The notes under the pieces are model-generated. The model saw only the letters and a list, made by a program, of their open reading frames with translations. It made no database searches and was not told the origin of the DNA. A stretch of DNA of 64,000 nt, taken from an uncultured virus (IMG/VR IMGVR_UViG_3300033064_004300) (lineage: Duplodnaviria > Heunggongvirae > Uroviricota > Caudoviricetes). Position numbers and translations under genes: made by a program. Within the stretch, counting starts at the first letter, position 1, and every line of letters begins with the position of its first letter. The stretch is from the IMG/VR virus record IMGVR_UViG_3300033064_004300; one strand, 5' to 3'. This document shows positions 56,172 to 64,000 of this stretch, one piece after another.

Positions 56172-58926
56172 GTTTTTGAAAAGCAAGGTTCCAGATGGAA
56201 GTGGTTGGATCTTGAGCAAACTCAACCGGGGAGGGCAGTCGATCAGGCCCTGTTGAAGCCCGGTCGGATTTTAGATCATAACCCTTTAAACGCAAGCCCT
56301 TCATTGATGGTATTCCATCTTTTAACGTGAGCTCTATGCCCTCAAGCTTAAGAATATTGATTAATGCTTCCCGAGTTCGTTCTATAAACCTGTGCTTAGC
56401 TGCTGGCTTGTAGCCACAAGCTCTACAAAAGTTCGCATAGCTAGGATAGAGAGCACCGTATGAGTTTGAGACGTACATACCTTTCTCAGACTCGTCTACT
56501 GAAGGTTTTCTAGCTCCCTGACCAACCGGTGTGGTTGTGTTAGGAGCGTACAAACAACAGTCATTTAGCCAGGACACAAACTGATTGTTAAACAAAAGAG
56601 CATCGATGTTTGTTTTGTTTAGTGAAGGTACGTGTTTAGTCGGATTGGCTAGAACGTCTTTCATCTGATCGTAAGGAAGGGATAGAGCCCAGGTCACAAT
56701 GCCGCTCATTTCTGGTTCAAACGTACCCTCAATGCGATCATCGTGAACGCTTATCAATTCTTTTCTAGAGCTAGGAGGAACCACTTTGTCCATCAGTATC
56801 GTTAACCGTCTTCTTTCAAGACCACTGCTCGAGTCATTAGATGTGATGTGTTCGTTACTAGCAATGCAAACTAGACACTCAGGTTTAAAGCTAATTATTT
56901 CTTTACCGTATTTACGTTCGGCACGTAGTGTATCCGAAGCTGAAGTAAGTTTTTTAAGTATGTCCATACGCTTGTTGTAGTTGCTTTCATCTGTGAGCAG
57001 CAGCAATCTTTTACTGATCAAGTTGTACGTTTCAAATTTATTGGTTTCAATAATCTCAAGGCTTGAAGTGTGAGTGCCGTGAAAACCCGCTAGAGCCACC
57101 ATGATCTGCTGCATGGTCGACTTACCCGTGCCGCCTGGACCCACTAGGTGCAAGAAGCGTTCTCCTGCTGTATATCCGGTAAGTATCGCTCTAGCAAAAG
57201 CTTGTATTAGAAGCTCTTGACCTGCGTTTAGTGAGCTCTGTAACCAAGCTTTAAACTGTGGACATTGAGCTTTGCCGTTATAGGCGTACTGCAATTTGTG
57301 CCTTAGGAATAAATTTTTGTGCTTACCCTCAAGAAACTCGAATGTCCGAGTATCAAGCACTCCGTTTTGGAAAGCGATAAGACCTCTAGATTTACTCCAT
57401 ATACTTTTCCGGCCACCGTCATCGGAACGTAATAGCTTTGCTTTTAAAATTAAGTAGACACTATTTATAGTCGCCGAAGTGTACTTAGGTAGTACACCTG
57501 CAAGTACAAACGAATCTAGAGCTTTTACAATCCGGCGCTTGATGTGCTGCTCGTCTTGTTGATACCACAGGTCGTAATCAAAGTCGTAGTGGTAAAACTG
57601 GTCAAGGCTACTGTCGTATAAAAAATCGTCGCCTTGATTCGTAACAATGATATCCGCAACATCATTCTCTGAGAACTGCCTGTTCTGACTGTTGCCTGCA
57701 TTCTGTAGGTTGATTAACTGCGTGGGTGTAGAGGGAACGTTCATTTGCTTTTGTTGTGTGTTTGTTGTGAGCTCTGCTGTGTCTTTTGAGTCAATTGGCG
57801 CTTCTAGCAGGAAAGAAGAAAAATCGAGCACAGCGTTTACTTGTGCTTTCTTTAACTGTTTAAGTTGTTCTTGAACGATTGGTGTGACTGTTTGTTCATA
57901 GATTTTTGGATTGTTATTCTTAATTTTTTTCCAAACGGCTAACGAGCCTAGATCAGAAGCTAAGGCGATAGCTGGTTGGATCGCAGCTGTGTCGCGTATT
58001 GAATTTAGAATTCGGTCAAATTTACCGTCCAGGTCGTGAGGGTATGCATAGATATTATAGAACGCTTGGTGAGCTATCGTCAACGGTGATACGCACACAG
58101 GTATCTGGTGTGCTTCTAACCAATTGCTCCAACCTATGAGTTCTTTAAAGACGCCAGCCATGGTTGAGCTTCGGTCTTCTACAGCTTCCCCGTCAAGGAC
58201 AGCACGAACTGTATTGGCTACAAGTTTTTTTAGATCAACCCCTTCTTCGTTGGTGGTAAGTGCATTAAGTATGTCTTCTGCTCTTTTGTCATTTATGTCT
58301 TCTTCCTTTGGTAGAGCCAAGTAAATCTTATGGGCTTCGTCTTGTTTGGCCGCTGGAATGAAGTTACTTGACAGTTCAAAAACTTTCTCCCCTTTGCGAG
58401 GTCCATAGAAAAGATTAGGTACCGTCGTGGCCCGAATATCTGAGCCAGGAATCTGAGCGTAAATCTTTTGGGTGAAGAACTTATAAAAGCCGGGATCGAT
58501 TATTGGCTTCTCTAAGCCAAACACCAGTCGGAACCGTGGCCATGTTGGAGTTGTTGACGGTGAGTAATAGGCTAAGGTTAAATATTTTTTACAGATATCT
58601 AACTCAAGTGCTTCTTCGAATGTAAGTTCCTGGCGTTGTACTTTATTTCCCTCAGAATCTTTTCGATCTTCTTGATTATCTATGTCGACAATTATCATGC
58701 CCGCTCTTATAACACCAGTTGTTTCTGACTGCCTCTTTCCTTCGAGTAGATGCCAAGCGCATAGTCCGTATCCTTGAGCAAGCTCGGCAGCTAACTCAGG
58801 TGCCGATAATTCTTTTGCGTCCCAGTTGAGATTAAAAGCTGCAAAATTACCACCTATGGGTATCTTGCCGGTTTTAGGGTGGACGTGCTTAGCGACCTCT
58901 TCGTTTACAGAACAGATGAACTTCAT
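56149..58926 (-). CDS. primase / D5-type SF3 helicase
   Basis: IIVDIDN, Y.SPS...PRFRLVF primase region; FQNGVLD; GPGGTGKST, LLTDE, IASN. Confidence 0.9.
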   Translation of the reverse strand: MKFICSVNEEVAKHVHPKTGKIPIGGNFAAFNLNWDAKELSAPELAAELAQGYGLCAWHLLEGKRQSETTGVIRAGMIIVDIDNQEDRKDSEGNKVQRQELTFEEALELDICKKYLTLAYYSPSTTPTWPRFRLVFGLEKPIIDPGFYKFFTQKIYAQIPGSDIRATTVPNLFYGPRKGEKVFELSSNFIPAAKQDEAHKIYLALPKEEDINDKRAEDILNALTTNEEGVDLKKLVANTVRAVLDGEAVEDRSSTMAGVFKELIGWSNWLEAHQIPVCVSPLTIAHQAFYNIYAYPHDLDGKFDRILNSIRDTAAIQPAIALASDLGSLAVWKKIKNNNPKIYEQTVTPIVQEQLKQLKKAQVNAVLDFSSFLLEAPIDSKDTAELTTNTQQKQMNVPSTPTQLINLQNAGNSQNRQFSENDVADIIVTNQGDDFLYDSSLDQFYHYDFDYDLWYQQDEQHIKRRIVKALDSFVLAGVLPKYTSATINSVYLILKAKLLRSDDGGRKSIWSKSRGLIAFQNGVLDTRTFEFLEGKHKNLFLRHKLQYAYNGKAQCPQFKAWLQSSLNAGQELLIQAFARAILTGYTAGERFLHLVGPGGTGKSTMQQIMVALAGFHGTHTSSLEIIETNKFETYNLISKRLLLLTDESNYNKRMDILKKLTSASDTLRAERKYGKEIISFKPECLVCIASNEHITSNDSSSGLERRRLTILMDKVVPPSSRKELISVHDDRIEGTFEPEMSGIVTWALSLPYDQMKDVLANPTKHVPSLNKTNIDALLFNNQFVSWLNDCCLYAPNTTTPVGQGARKPSVDESEKGMYVSNSYGALYPSYANFCRACGYKPAAKHRFIERTREALINILKLEGIELTLKDGIPSMKGLRLKGYDLKSDRASTGPDRLPSPVEFAQDPTTSIWNLAFQKHDTPPKL

Positions 58927-59017
58927 GGTGTGTCTTGGATAGCTTAGTCTGATAGCAAAAGGGTTTTAAACCCGAAAGAAACTATGTAAACTTGCGACTT
59001 AGTATTTCGCTGATCGG

Positions 59018-59800
59018 TCATGTAGTGGGAGTCTGCATCTCGTAATATTGCTTCACAACCTCAAACCAACTTTCTTCATCTCTTTCAATTTCTTCGGCGC
59101 CAAATGTAAATACCTGCGTACTAAATTCTTTTATTGCTGTAGCCACTATTATCTGAGTTTTGTTTATTTTAATGCCTAGACAACTTTCAGCTGCGGCTTT
59201 ATAAGCAGCTAGTTGCAGTCTTGTTTTCTTTACTTTAAATACACCAGAAATCAGAGCCTTTCTAGTTTGGTCGCTCATTACTTGGTCTTTCTTTGGAAAT
59301 TTTGCGGCGTAGGGTCCGTTACTGGTTTTAAAGTCAGCCAAAATTATTTCGGCGTTTTCGTTCATGTAAATCAAATCACAGCAGCCGGCGTAACCATGCC
59401 CCGTGGTTGGGTCGTAATAGTGAATTCGCCCAACCCCGTCGTCACCAACATATTTGCTCCACTTAGGTTGGTTAAATGGTTTTTCTGACCATAGTACCCG
59501 ACCACCGTGCATGAGTTTGTCTACAAGCTCCGGTAAGTCATCCCAGAATAATTTGTACTTTTCTGGGGGAACGACACGCAGACCTTTTAAATAATTTTCA
59601 ACACTGCTGTGAACCCAGTTACCTCTTTCAGCTGCTTGGTCGGCAACACCAGGGTTCATCAAGTTCCAGTGTACTAATTTTTGACGTGTTTTTTCTGTCT
59701 GCGCCGTACTTAAAATCGAGGTTACGGAGGGGAGTGGCTTAGGAACGCCGTTGCAAACGTAGTGCCTTAAGCCATTTAAAGTTACCCGTGTTTGGGTCAC
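59018..59800 (-). CDS. PD-(D/E)XK exonuclease
   Basis: PSVTSIL, ERG..VH, YAG..D, DFKTS, LQLAAY. Confidence 0.88.
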   Translation of the reverse strand: MTQTRVTLNGLRHYVCNGVPKPLPSVTSILSTAQTEKTRQKLVHWNLMNPGVADQAAERGNWVHSSVENYLKGLRVVPPEKYKLFWDDLPELVDKLMHGGRVLWSEKPFNQPKWSKYVGDDGVGRIHYYDPTTGHGYAGCCDLIYMNENAEIILADFKTSNGPYAAKFPKKDQVMSDQTRKALISGVFKVKKTRLQLAAYKAAAESCLGIKINKTQIIVATAIKEFSTQVFTFGAEEIERDEESWFEVVKQYYEMQTPTT

Positions 59801-59825
59801 GATGTGTATGCCAACTTATACAAGT

Positions 59826-60164
59826 CTAAAAGGAACTTAGGACTGTATTCTTTTCATTATCACCTTCGTCATCTTCATCGTTATCATCAGCGTCCTCATC
59901 ATCATCTACAAAGAACTCTTGTTCCTGATATTTGTAGTCTCTATTACGCTGGTCCAAATCACTCATAAGGCAGAGCGCCGCAGAAAAACCGTCAAGGGTA
60001 ATTGTTGCACAGTCTTCAGCTGGTCGTGCTTCACCTTGGTGGTCGACGCACTCTGTGAGTAATTGTGTGCTGACTAAAACTGTTGCGATCTTCTCAAGCT
60101 TGAGAATTTGTTCTTTCTGTAGAGCTACAAGCTGCTCTATTGCTTTTTGCAGTTGGTCACTCAT
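59826..60164 (-). CDS. hypothetical protein with acidic C-terminal tail
   Basis: 112 aa; D/E run. Confidence 0.65.
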   Translation of the reverse strand: MSDQLQKAIEQLVALQKEQILKLEKIATVLVSTQLLTECVDHQGEARPAEDCATITLDGFSAALCLMSDLDQRNRDYKYQEQEFFVDDDEDADDNDEDDEGDNEKNTVLSSF

Positions 60165-60693
60165 TGGTAGGAGTCCTGGGGCGGAGCCAGCTTACTTCGT
60201 AATCGATAACTGTACCTGTAAATCTCTGTTCTTGTTTTTTGAAGAAGAACCACCCTGATGTCACTGAGTCTTTTAGTTGTTTACCGTCCGCACGGAATGC
60301 TGGTCTAGGACTTAAAATCTTTAGATTTGCTAAGGATGCTGATTTAAGAAACGTTTCGCGGTTCCGTACAGGTTCAAGGAAAGTAATCCGATCGAGAATG
60401 CAAACACCTTGAGACGCAATGTCTAGACCGTATTCAATAATCCATGGAGTGTATTCTTTTAATCCTTGAGTCACAGCGATGACCCAATCGATCTTTCCCC
60501 TCTGAGTTTCCCACCAGGCTTTATCTTGTATATTGTTCTCCAGTGTGTTTGTGACAATGTCTGTCAAACCAGACTCTTTTACTTGCTCTAGAAGTTGCCC
60601 GTTAAAGTCTGCGGGAAGGAGGATTGTGCCAGAGCATAATTTAGAATCAGCTACAGGACCAAAAATAAATCTTGGCACGTGGTAAAACGCCAT
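60157..60693 (-). CDS. degenerate DNA methyltransferase-like protein
   Basis: FY.VP, DWVI, L.R.TFLE....R, RP.F..DG...DS....WF; the usual TNPPF motif is absent. Confidence 0.55.
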   Translation of the reverse strand: MAFYHVPRFIFGPVADSKLCSGTILLPADFNGQLLEQVKESGLTDIVTNTLENNIQDKAWWETQRGKIDWVIAVTQGLKEYTPWIIEYGLDIASQGVCILDRITFLEPVRNRETFLKSASLANLKILSPRPAFRADGKQLKDSVTSGWFFFKKQEQRFTGTVIDYEVSWLRPRTPTNE

Positions 60694-60721
60694 AGACCGT
60701 CGATAACTTTTTATAGATGAG

Positions 60722-60747
60722 AAAAAAGCGCCCCCTTGCGAAGGCGC
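60722..60747 (-). terminator. intrinsic terminator
   Basis: GCGCC stem followed by a T run on the minus strand, after 60774-61607. Confidence 0.6.
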
Positions 60748-60773
60748 GTCCCCATGTCCTTAAACAGTTTACG

Positions 60774-61607
60774 CTAGAAATCCAAACCAGCAGCTTTAAG
60801 TGCAGCTTTCTGTTCGTCGTTTAGTTCCTTTCCCTTTGAGGGTTTTGAACTAGGAACAGGCTCGGGTGTTTCTTCTTTGGTCTTCTTAGGAGCCTCGGCT
60901 GTTGGTGGCAGAGACGCTTGCTGGTGCTCATAGGCACCCTCTAATCTCTTTGGATTTGCTTCCGCAAAGAGAGCTTTAATATCTGCATGGTCTTCTCCCA
61001 AAGGTAGTTCGACCAAATTAGAACCGGGGATAGAAGAGCGAAGTGCAGCTGATACCAACTCTCCTCCACTAGTCTCAAGCCACGATGTGACATCGTGAAT
61101 GAGTTTTTTCTCCTCATCGGTTTCTGTTGGGCGATCTTTGAACTCTAATGCGTTGTAGTTTATTTTCGGACCGTCGGCACCTGTAAAAGAATCCCTTTCG
61201 TTAAAGGATTTTTGTACAAACTTTGTAATCGTTATAACTTCACCTACATTTATACGGTTGTTATATAGAGTCTGGAAGTACGTGATAAAGTTTTTTTGGC
61301 TCGACTTGCCGCTAATAATACTCGTGCAAACACACCGTGGAGGTAGTAAACGATGGTTAGGGGACACACCGATATAGCTAATTCGAATAAACTCTTCGTG
61401 CGACCGCATTCCGAGATTGCCGAAATAGGGCGTAAAACCAAGCAAGATAAACTCAATGGGTATGCCGTTGTCGTTCGTGTCAACAATGGCCGCCTCAGGA
61501 TCACTGTCGGATTTCCAACGACGAGCCTGAAGATCAATACGTAGTGTGTGTGGCGGGATCTGACAAAGGATTTCATCAGCCGAAAATTTGCCTGCGATAA
61601 ATACCAT
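60774..61607 (-). CDS. putative replication/recombination protein
   Basis: 277 aa between SSB and nuclease; flexible tail ending LDF. Confidence 0.5.
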   Translation of the reverse strand: MVFIAGKFSADEILCQIPPHTLRIDLQARRWKSDSDPEAAIVDTNDNGIPIEFILLGFTPYFGNLGMRSHEEFIRISYIGVSPNHRLLPPRCVCTSIISGKSSQKNFITYFQTLYNNRINVGEVITITKFVQKSFNERDSFTGADGPKINYNALEFKDRPTETDEEKKLIHDVTSWLETSGGELVSAALRSSIPGSNLVELPLGEDHADIKALFAEANPKRLEGAYEHQQASLPPTAEAPKKTKEETPEPVPSSKPSKGKELNDEQKAALKAAGLDF

Positions 61608-61613
61608 GATTAG

Positions 61614-62258
61614 TTAGAGAGAGAAGTCGAGAGAACCGAGAGCAGAAGGAGACACACGACCCTTTTCAGGATCAGCAGCCCGTGTGGGAGCGGCCTTTTG
61701 TGTGCGGGGCAGATAAAGAATTTTATCCACGCCATAGTTTAGAAAAATTCGTTCGTCTTTTTCGGATGTGCTTATCCGTCCAACAGCAATCGTTGGGGTA
61801 CCTGCGGCTAGATCTGCCAGCTGAGCTGACAGCTCATTCCAACAAGAGATTTTCATCCAATTTGTTTCTTGGTTTTCGTCCTGCCAAGCTAAAGATCGGT
61901 TTGTGACGGTATTGTCACCAAGTTGATTTTCTTCGGCTTTTGGTCCCAAACCACCTGTAGCAATAAATAAATTAATCGCCAGTAGATCTTCCCAGTTGTC
62001 ATTTCTGACAACCAGCATTGGTTGCATCTTAAGCAGACCATCGGGATCGGATTTTGTGGGTCCGATAGCAAGAAAGATTTCTTTTTCTTTTAGTTTACTT
62101 AGAAGTTTTCCCACATAATGATCAGATTTTTGACTTAATAATACTTTGGTTGGGATCTTTCTTTCAGTTGAGGGTAAAGCTTCAGCGTTTAATTCACAGG
62201 AGCCTTCTCGTTCAATTGATTCGTTTGTGACTCGTAAGCCAAGAAGCAGGATGTTCAT
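61614..62258 (-). CDS. ssb: single-stranded DNA-binding protein, tandem OB folds
   Basis: IN....G.LG...E, T.W..I..W..L..Q.A....G....V.GRI; acidic-aromatic tail LDFSL. Confidence 0.7.
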   Translation of the reverse strand: MNILLLGLRVTNESIEREGSCELNAEALPSTERKIPTKVLLSQKSDHYVGKLLSKLKEKEIFLAIGPTKSDPDGLLKMQPMLVVRNDNWEDLLAINLFIATGGLGPKAEENQLGDNTVTNRSLAWQDENQETNWMKISCWNELSAQLADLAAGTPTIAVGRISTSEKDERIFLNYGVDKILYLPRTQKAAPTRAADPEKGRVSPSALGSLDFSL

Positions 62259-62782
62259 TTTTTAAACAAGCGGTAGATCGAAGAGCGGTGGACTTTAAAA
62301 ACCTTAGCAATCTCCTTTACGGGGACGCCTTGGCTTGCGAAGGCTAGCGCCAATCGCTTATCCGCGCTAGTGAGTTTAGAGGCTTTCATTGTTTTGTAAG
62401 TATTGTGGAAGGGATTGACGCAGTTTTTTCGCCTGCATTTTGGGAGAACGTAAAGATCTTTAGGAATGTCTAAGTAGCTTAGTACTAGTGGCCGCACGTA
62501 GTATCGCAGACCAAACGAATATATGACAGGCGTATTATTGCAATATGTTTCTTGCCATACAGCACAATCTTTGTGACTGAAGCTGCTGTAAGCAAGGTTT
62601 TTAAAGAACTCACTAAGTAAGGTAGATTTTATTTGTTCGTACGTCAGTGTGAAAGCATCCGCTGTGAATGCTCGAGCTATATCTTTAGCTTGCGCACTTG
62701 CGTGGTTACTGTCGTTAGCTGTTAAATCAAGCCGTAATTCTTTTTTGTTCTTTTCTATTAGTAAGCAATATTTAATTGTCAC
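62255..62782 (-). CDS. degenerate HNH zinc-loop protein with C-terminal HTH
   Basis: C..W, C.RKNCVNPFH; G.PVKEIAKVFKVHRSSIYR. Confidence 0.65.
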   Translation of the reverse strand: MTIKYCLLIEKNKKELRLDLTANDSNHASAQAKDIARAFTADAFTLTYEQIKSTLLSEFFKNLAYSSFSHKDCAVWQETYCNNTPVIYSFGLRYYVRPLVLSYLDIPKDLYVLPKCRRKNCVNPFHNTYKTMKASKLTSADKRLALAFASQGVPVKEIAKVFKVHRSSIYRLFKK

Positions 62783-62797
62783 TGAAATGCGACTGTC

Positions 62798-63904
62798 TTA
62801 AACTCTCAGTTGATCGTAAAGACCACCACCACCGGGTAGGTTTTGTAACCGTAGTGCTGATTGATTTTTATCTAAGAAATCTTTGATTTCTTTGTCGGCA
62901 AATCCTTGTCTCCGAGCATAATCGAGATCCTCTTGACCAAAGAAAGTAGCGTCCTGACCAAACTCGGTGGATATATTTCCTTTTGGACGAAGTTCTTCTC
63001 TGTCAGATTCTCTAAAAACTTGCGATTGATAAGGATCTGTGAATTTTGGTTGAGCGCTGACTGATTGAGTAGCTGCAGCAGCCGGTTGGCTTGCTGTCGG
63101 GGTGCTTAGTTTCGCACTCAGTTGATCATAAAGACCACCACCACCTTTTACGTTTTGTTCCCGTAGAAGACCTGGGCTGGCGTCTAAAAAGGTTTTAATC
63201 TGTTGATCTGTGAACCCTTGTTTCCGAGCTTCGTCCAGATCTTGACCACCAAAATATTTCGGGTCTTGACCATATTGTGTAGATATAGTTTTAGTCGTAG
63301 GTTGCGTAAGATTTGCAACTTTTGCGGGGTCAGCCATTCGTACTAAACCATATCCGCTAGCCCCGCTGCCGTATAAACCTGCATTAACGTCCCGCTCAAC
63401 GTCTGGATTGTTCAATGATTGATTAAGTTTTAAGTTGTCTATTATCCCCTGAGCCACGCTCAATCGTCCTGTGCCAAAAAACTGTTGATTTTTATTAAGA
63501 TAAGTTTTAACGTCCTCGTCAGAGAACCCTGCGGCTTTGGCTGCTTCTAGATCCCTTGCACCAAATCCTGGGCCTCCTAAATTTCCTGCGGAGAAGAAAT
63601 CGTAAGTTTTTTTTGCATCGGGAGTGGTCGGTGAGGTCGGTGAGGTTGGAGGGGCAGTGAATGCCTGTTGAGCCTGTGGGGTGAGAGAAAACTCTGTGGT
63701 CGTTGTAGGGGTTTTTGGTGTTTTATAAGCTAATACTCCTCCACGGCCTTTTGTTACAGCAGAAGTTTTAAAGCCAGGCGCAAACCCTTCGAATTGTTGA
63801 TTTCCATCCTCATCCTCAGCAAAAAACGACAACAGATCTAGACCTAGTGCCTGTCCTGCGCCACGTAAATAGTCTTGTGGGGCTTTAAATCTAGATTTGG
63901 TCAT
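62798..63904 (-). CDS. protein with three copies of an uncharacterised ~55-aa repeat
   Basis: FG..DL..A...GF.D..(I/V)K..L three times, GGGGLYDQL in two. Confidence 0.75.
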   Translation of the reverse strand: MTKSRFKAPQDYLRGAGQALGLDLLSFFAEDEDGNQQFEGFAPGFKTSAVTKGRGGVLAYKTPKTPTTTTEFSLTPQAQQAFTAPPTSPTSPTTPDAKKTYDFFSAGNLGGPGFGARDLEAAKAAGFSDEDVKTYLNKNQQFFGTGRLSVAQGIIDNLKLNQSLNNPDVERDVNAGLYGSGASGYGLVRMADPAKVANLTQPTTKTISTQYGQDPKYFGGQDLDEARKQGFTDQQIKTFLDASPGLLREQNVKGGGGLYDQLSAKLSTPTASQPAAAATQSVSAQPKFTDPYQSQVFRESDREELRPKGNISTEFGQDATFFGQEDLDYARRQGFADKEIKDFLDKNQSALRLQNLPGGGGLYDQLRV

Positions 63905-64000
63905 GCTTTCAGGAACTCTATCTTTAGTAGTATAGTTTAAAAATTAAACTTAATCCGGTGCTTCAAACGTCTTAAAGCCTGCAAATTGTTTTGCGGCACG

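Noticed and set aside
1..64000. tRNA, tmRNA or RNase P genes; alternative genetic code
   Set aside because: No cloverleaf or conserved ends found by eye, and core genes are intact under the standard code with all three stop codons used.

Overview
This window is most of a dsDNA tailed-phage genome. The host is probably a cyanobacterium, judged from an NblA-like gene, Dps, a lysozyme-C39 endolysin, ThyX and a 2OG-Fe(II) oxygenase. It holds a head module (TerL 14854-16377, portal, scaffold, major capsid protein 24137-25252) interleaved with glycosyltransferase and methyltransferase genes. It also has many low-complexity putative internal or ejection proteins, a fibre module at 39.8-48 kb, lysis genes, and a minus-strand replication block (primase/SF3 helicase, PD-(D/E)XK nuclease, SSB). 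I saw no tape measure, sheath, DNA polymerase, integrase, tRNA or CRISPR array. The most notable signals are five. (1) A ~620-nt non-coding region at 48569-49189 is almost continuously base-paired and looks like a large structured RNA I cannot assign to a known class. (2) Predicted virion-surface proteins are strongly Ser-Gly enriched, and a glycosylation gene set sits in the head module, suggesting virion O-glycosylation. (3) Several fibres share N- and C-terminal docking motifs. (4) A ~125-nt element at 37745-37870 has a kissing-loop and terminator-like architecture. (5) The portal and scaffold genes overlap by 500 nt. All family calls come from reading motifs by eye; no database searches or folding programs were run.
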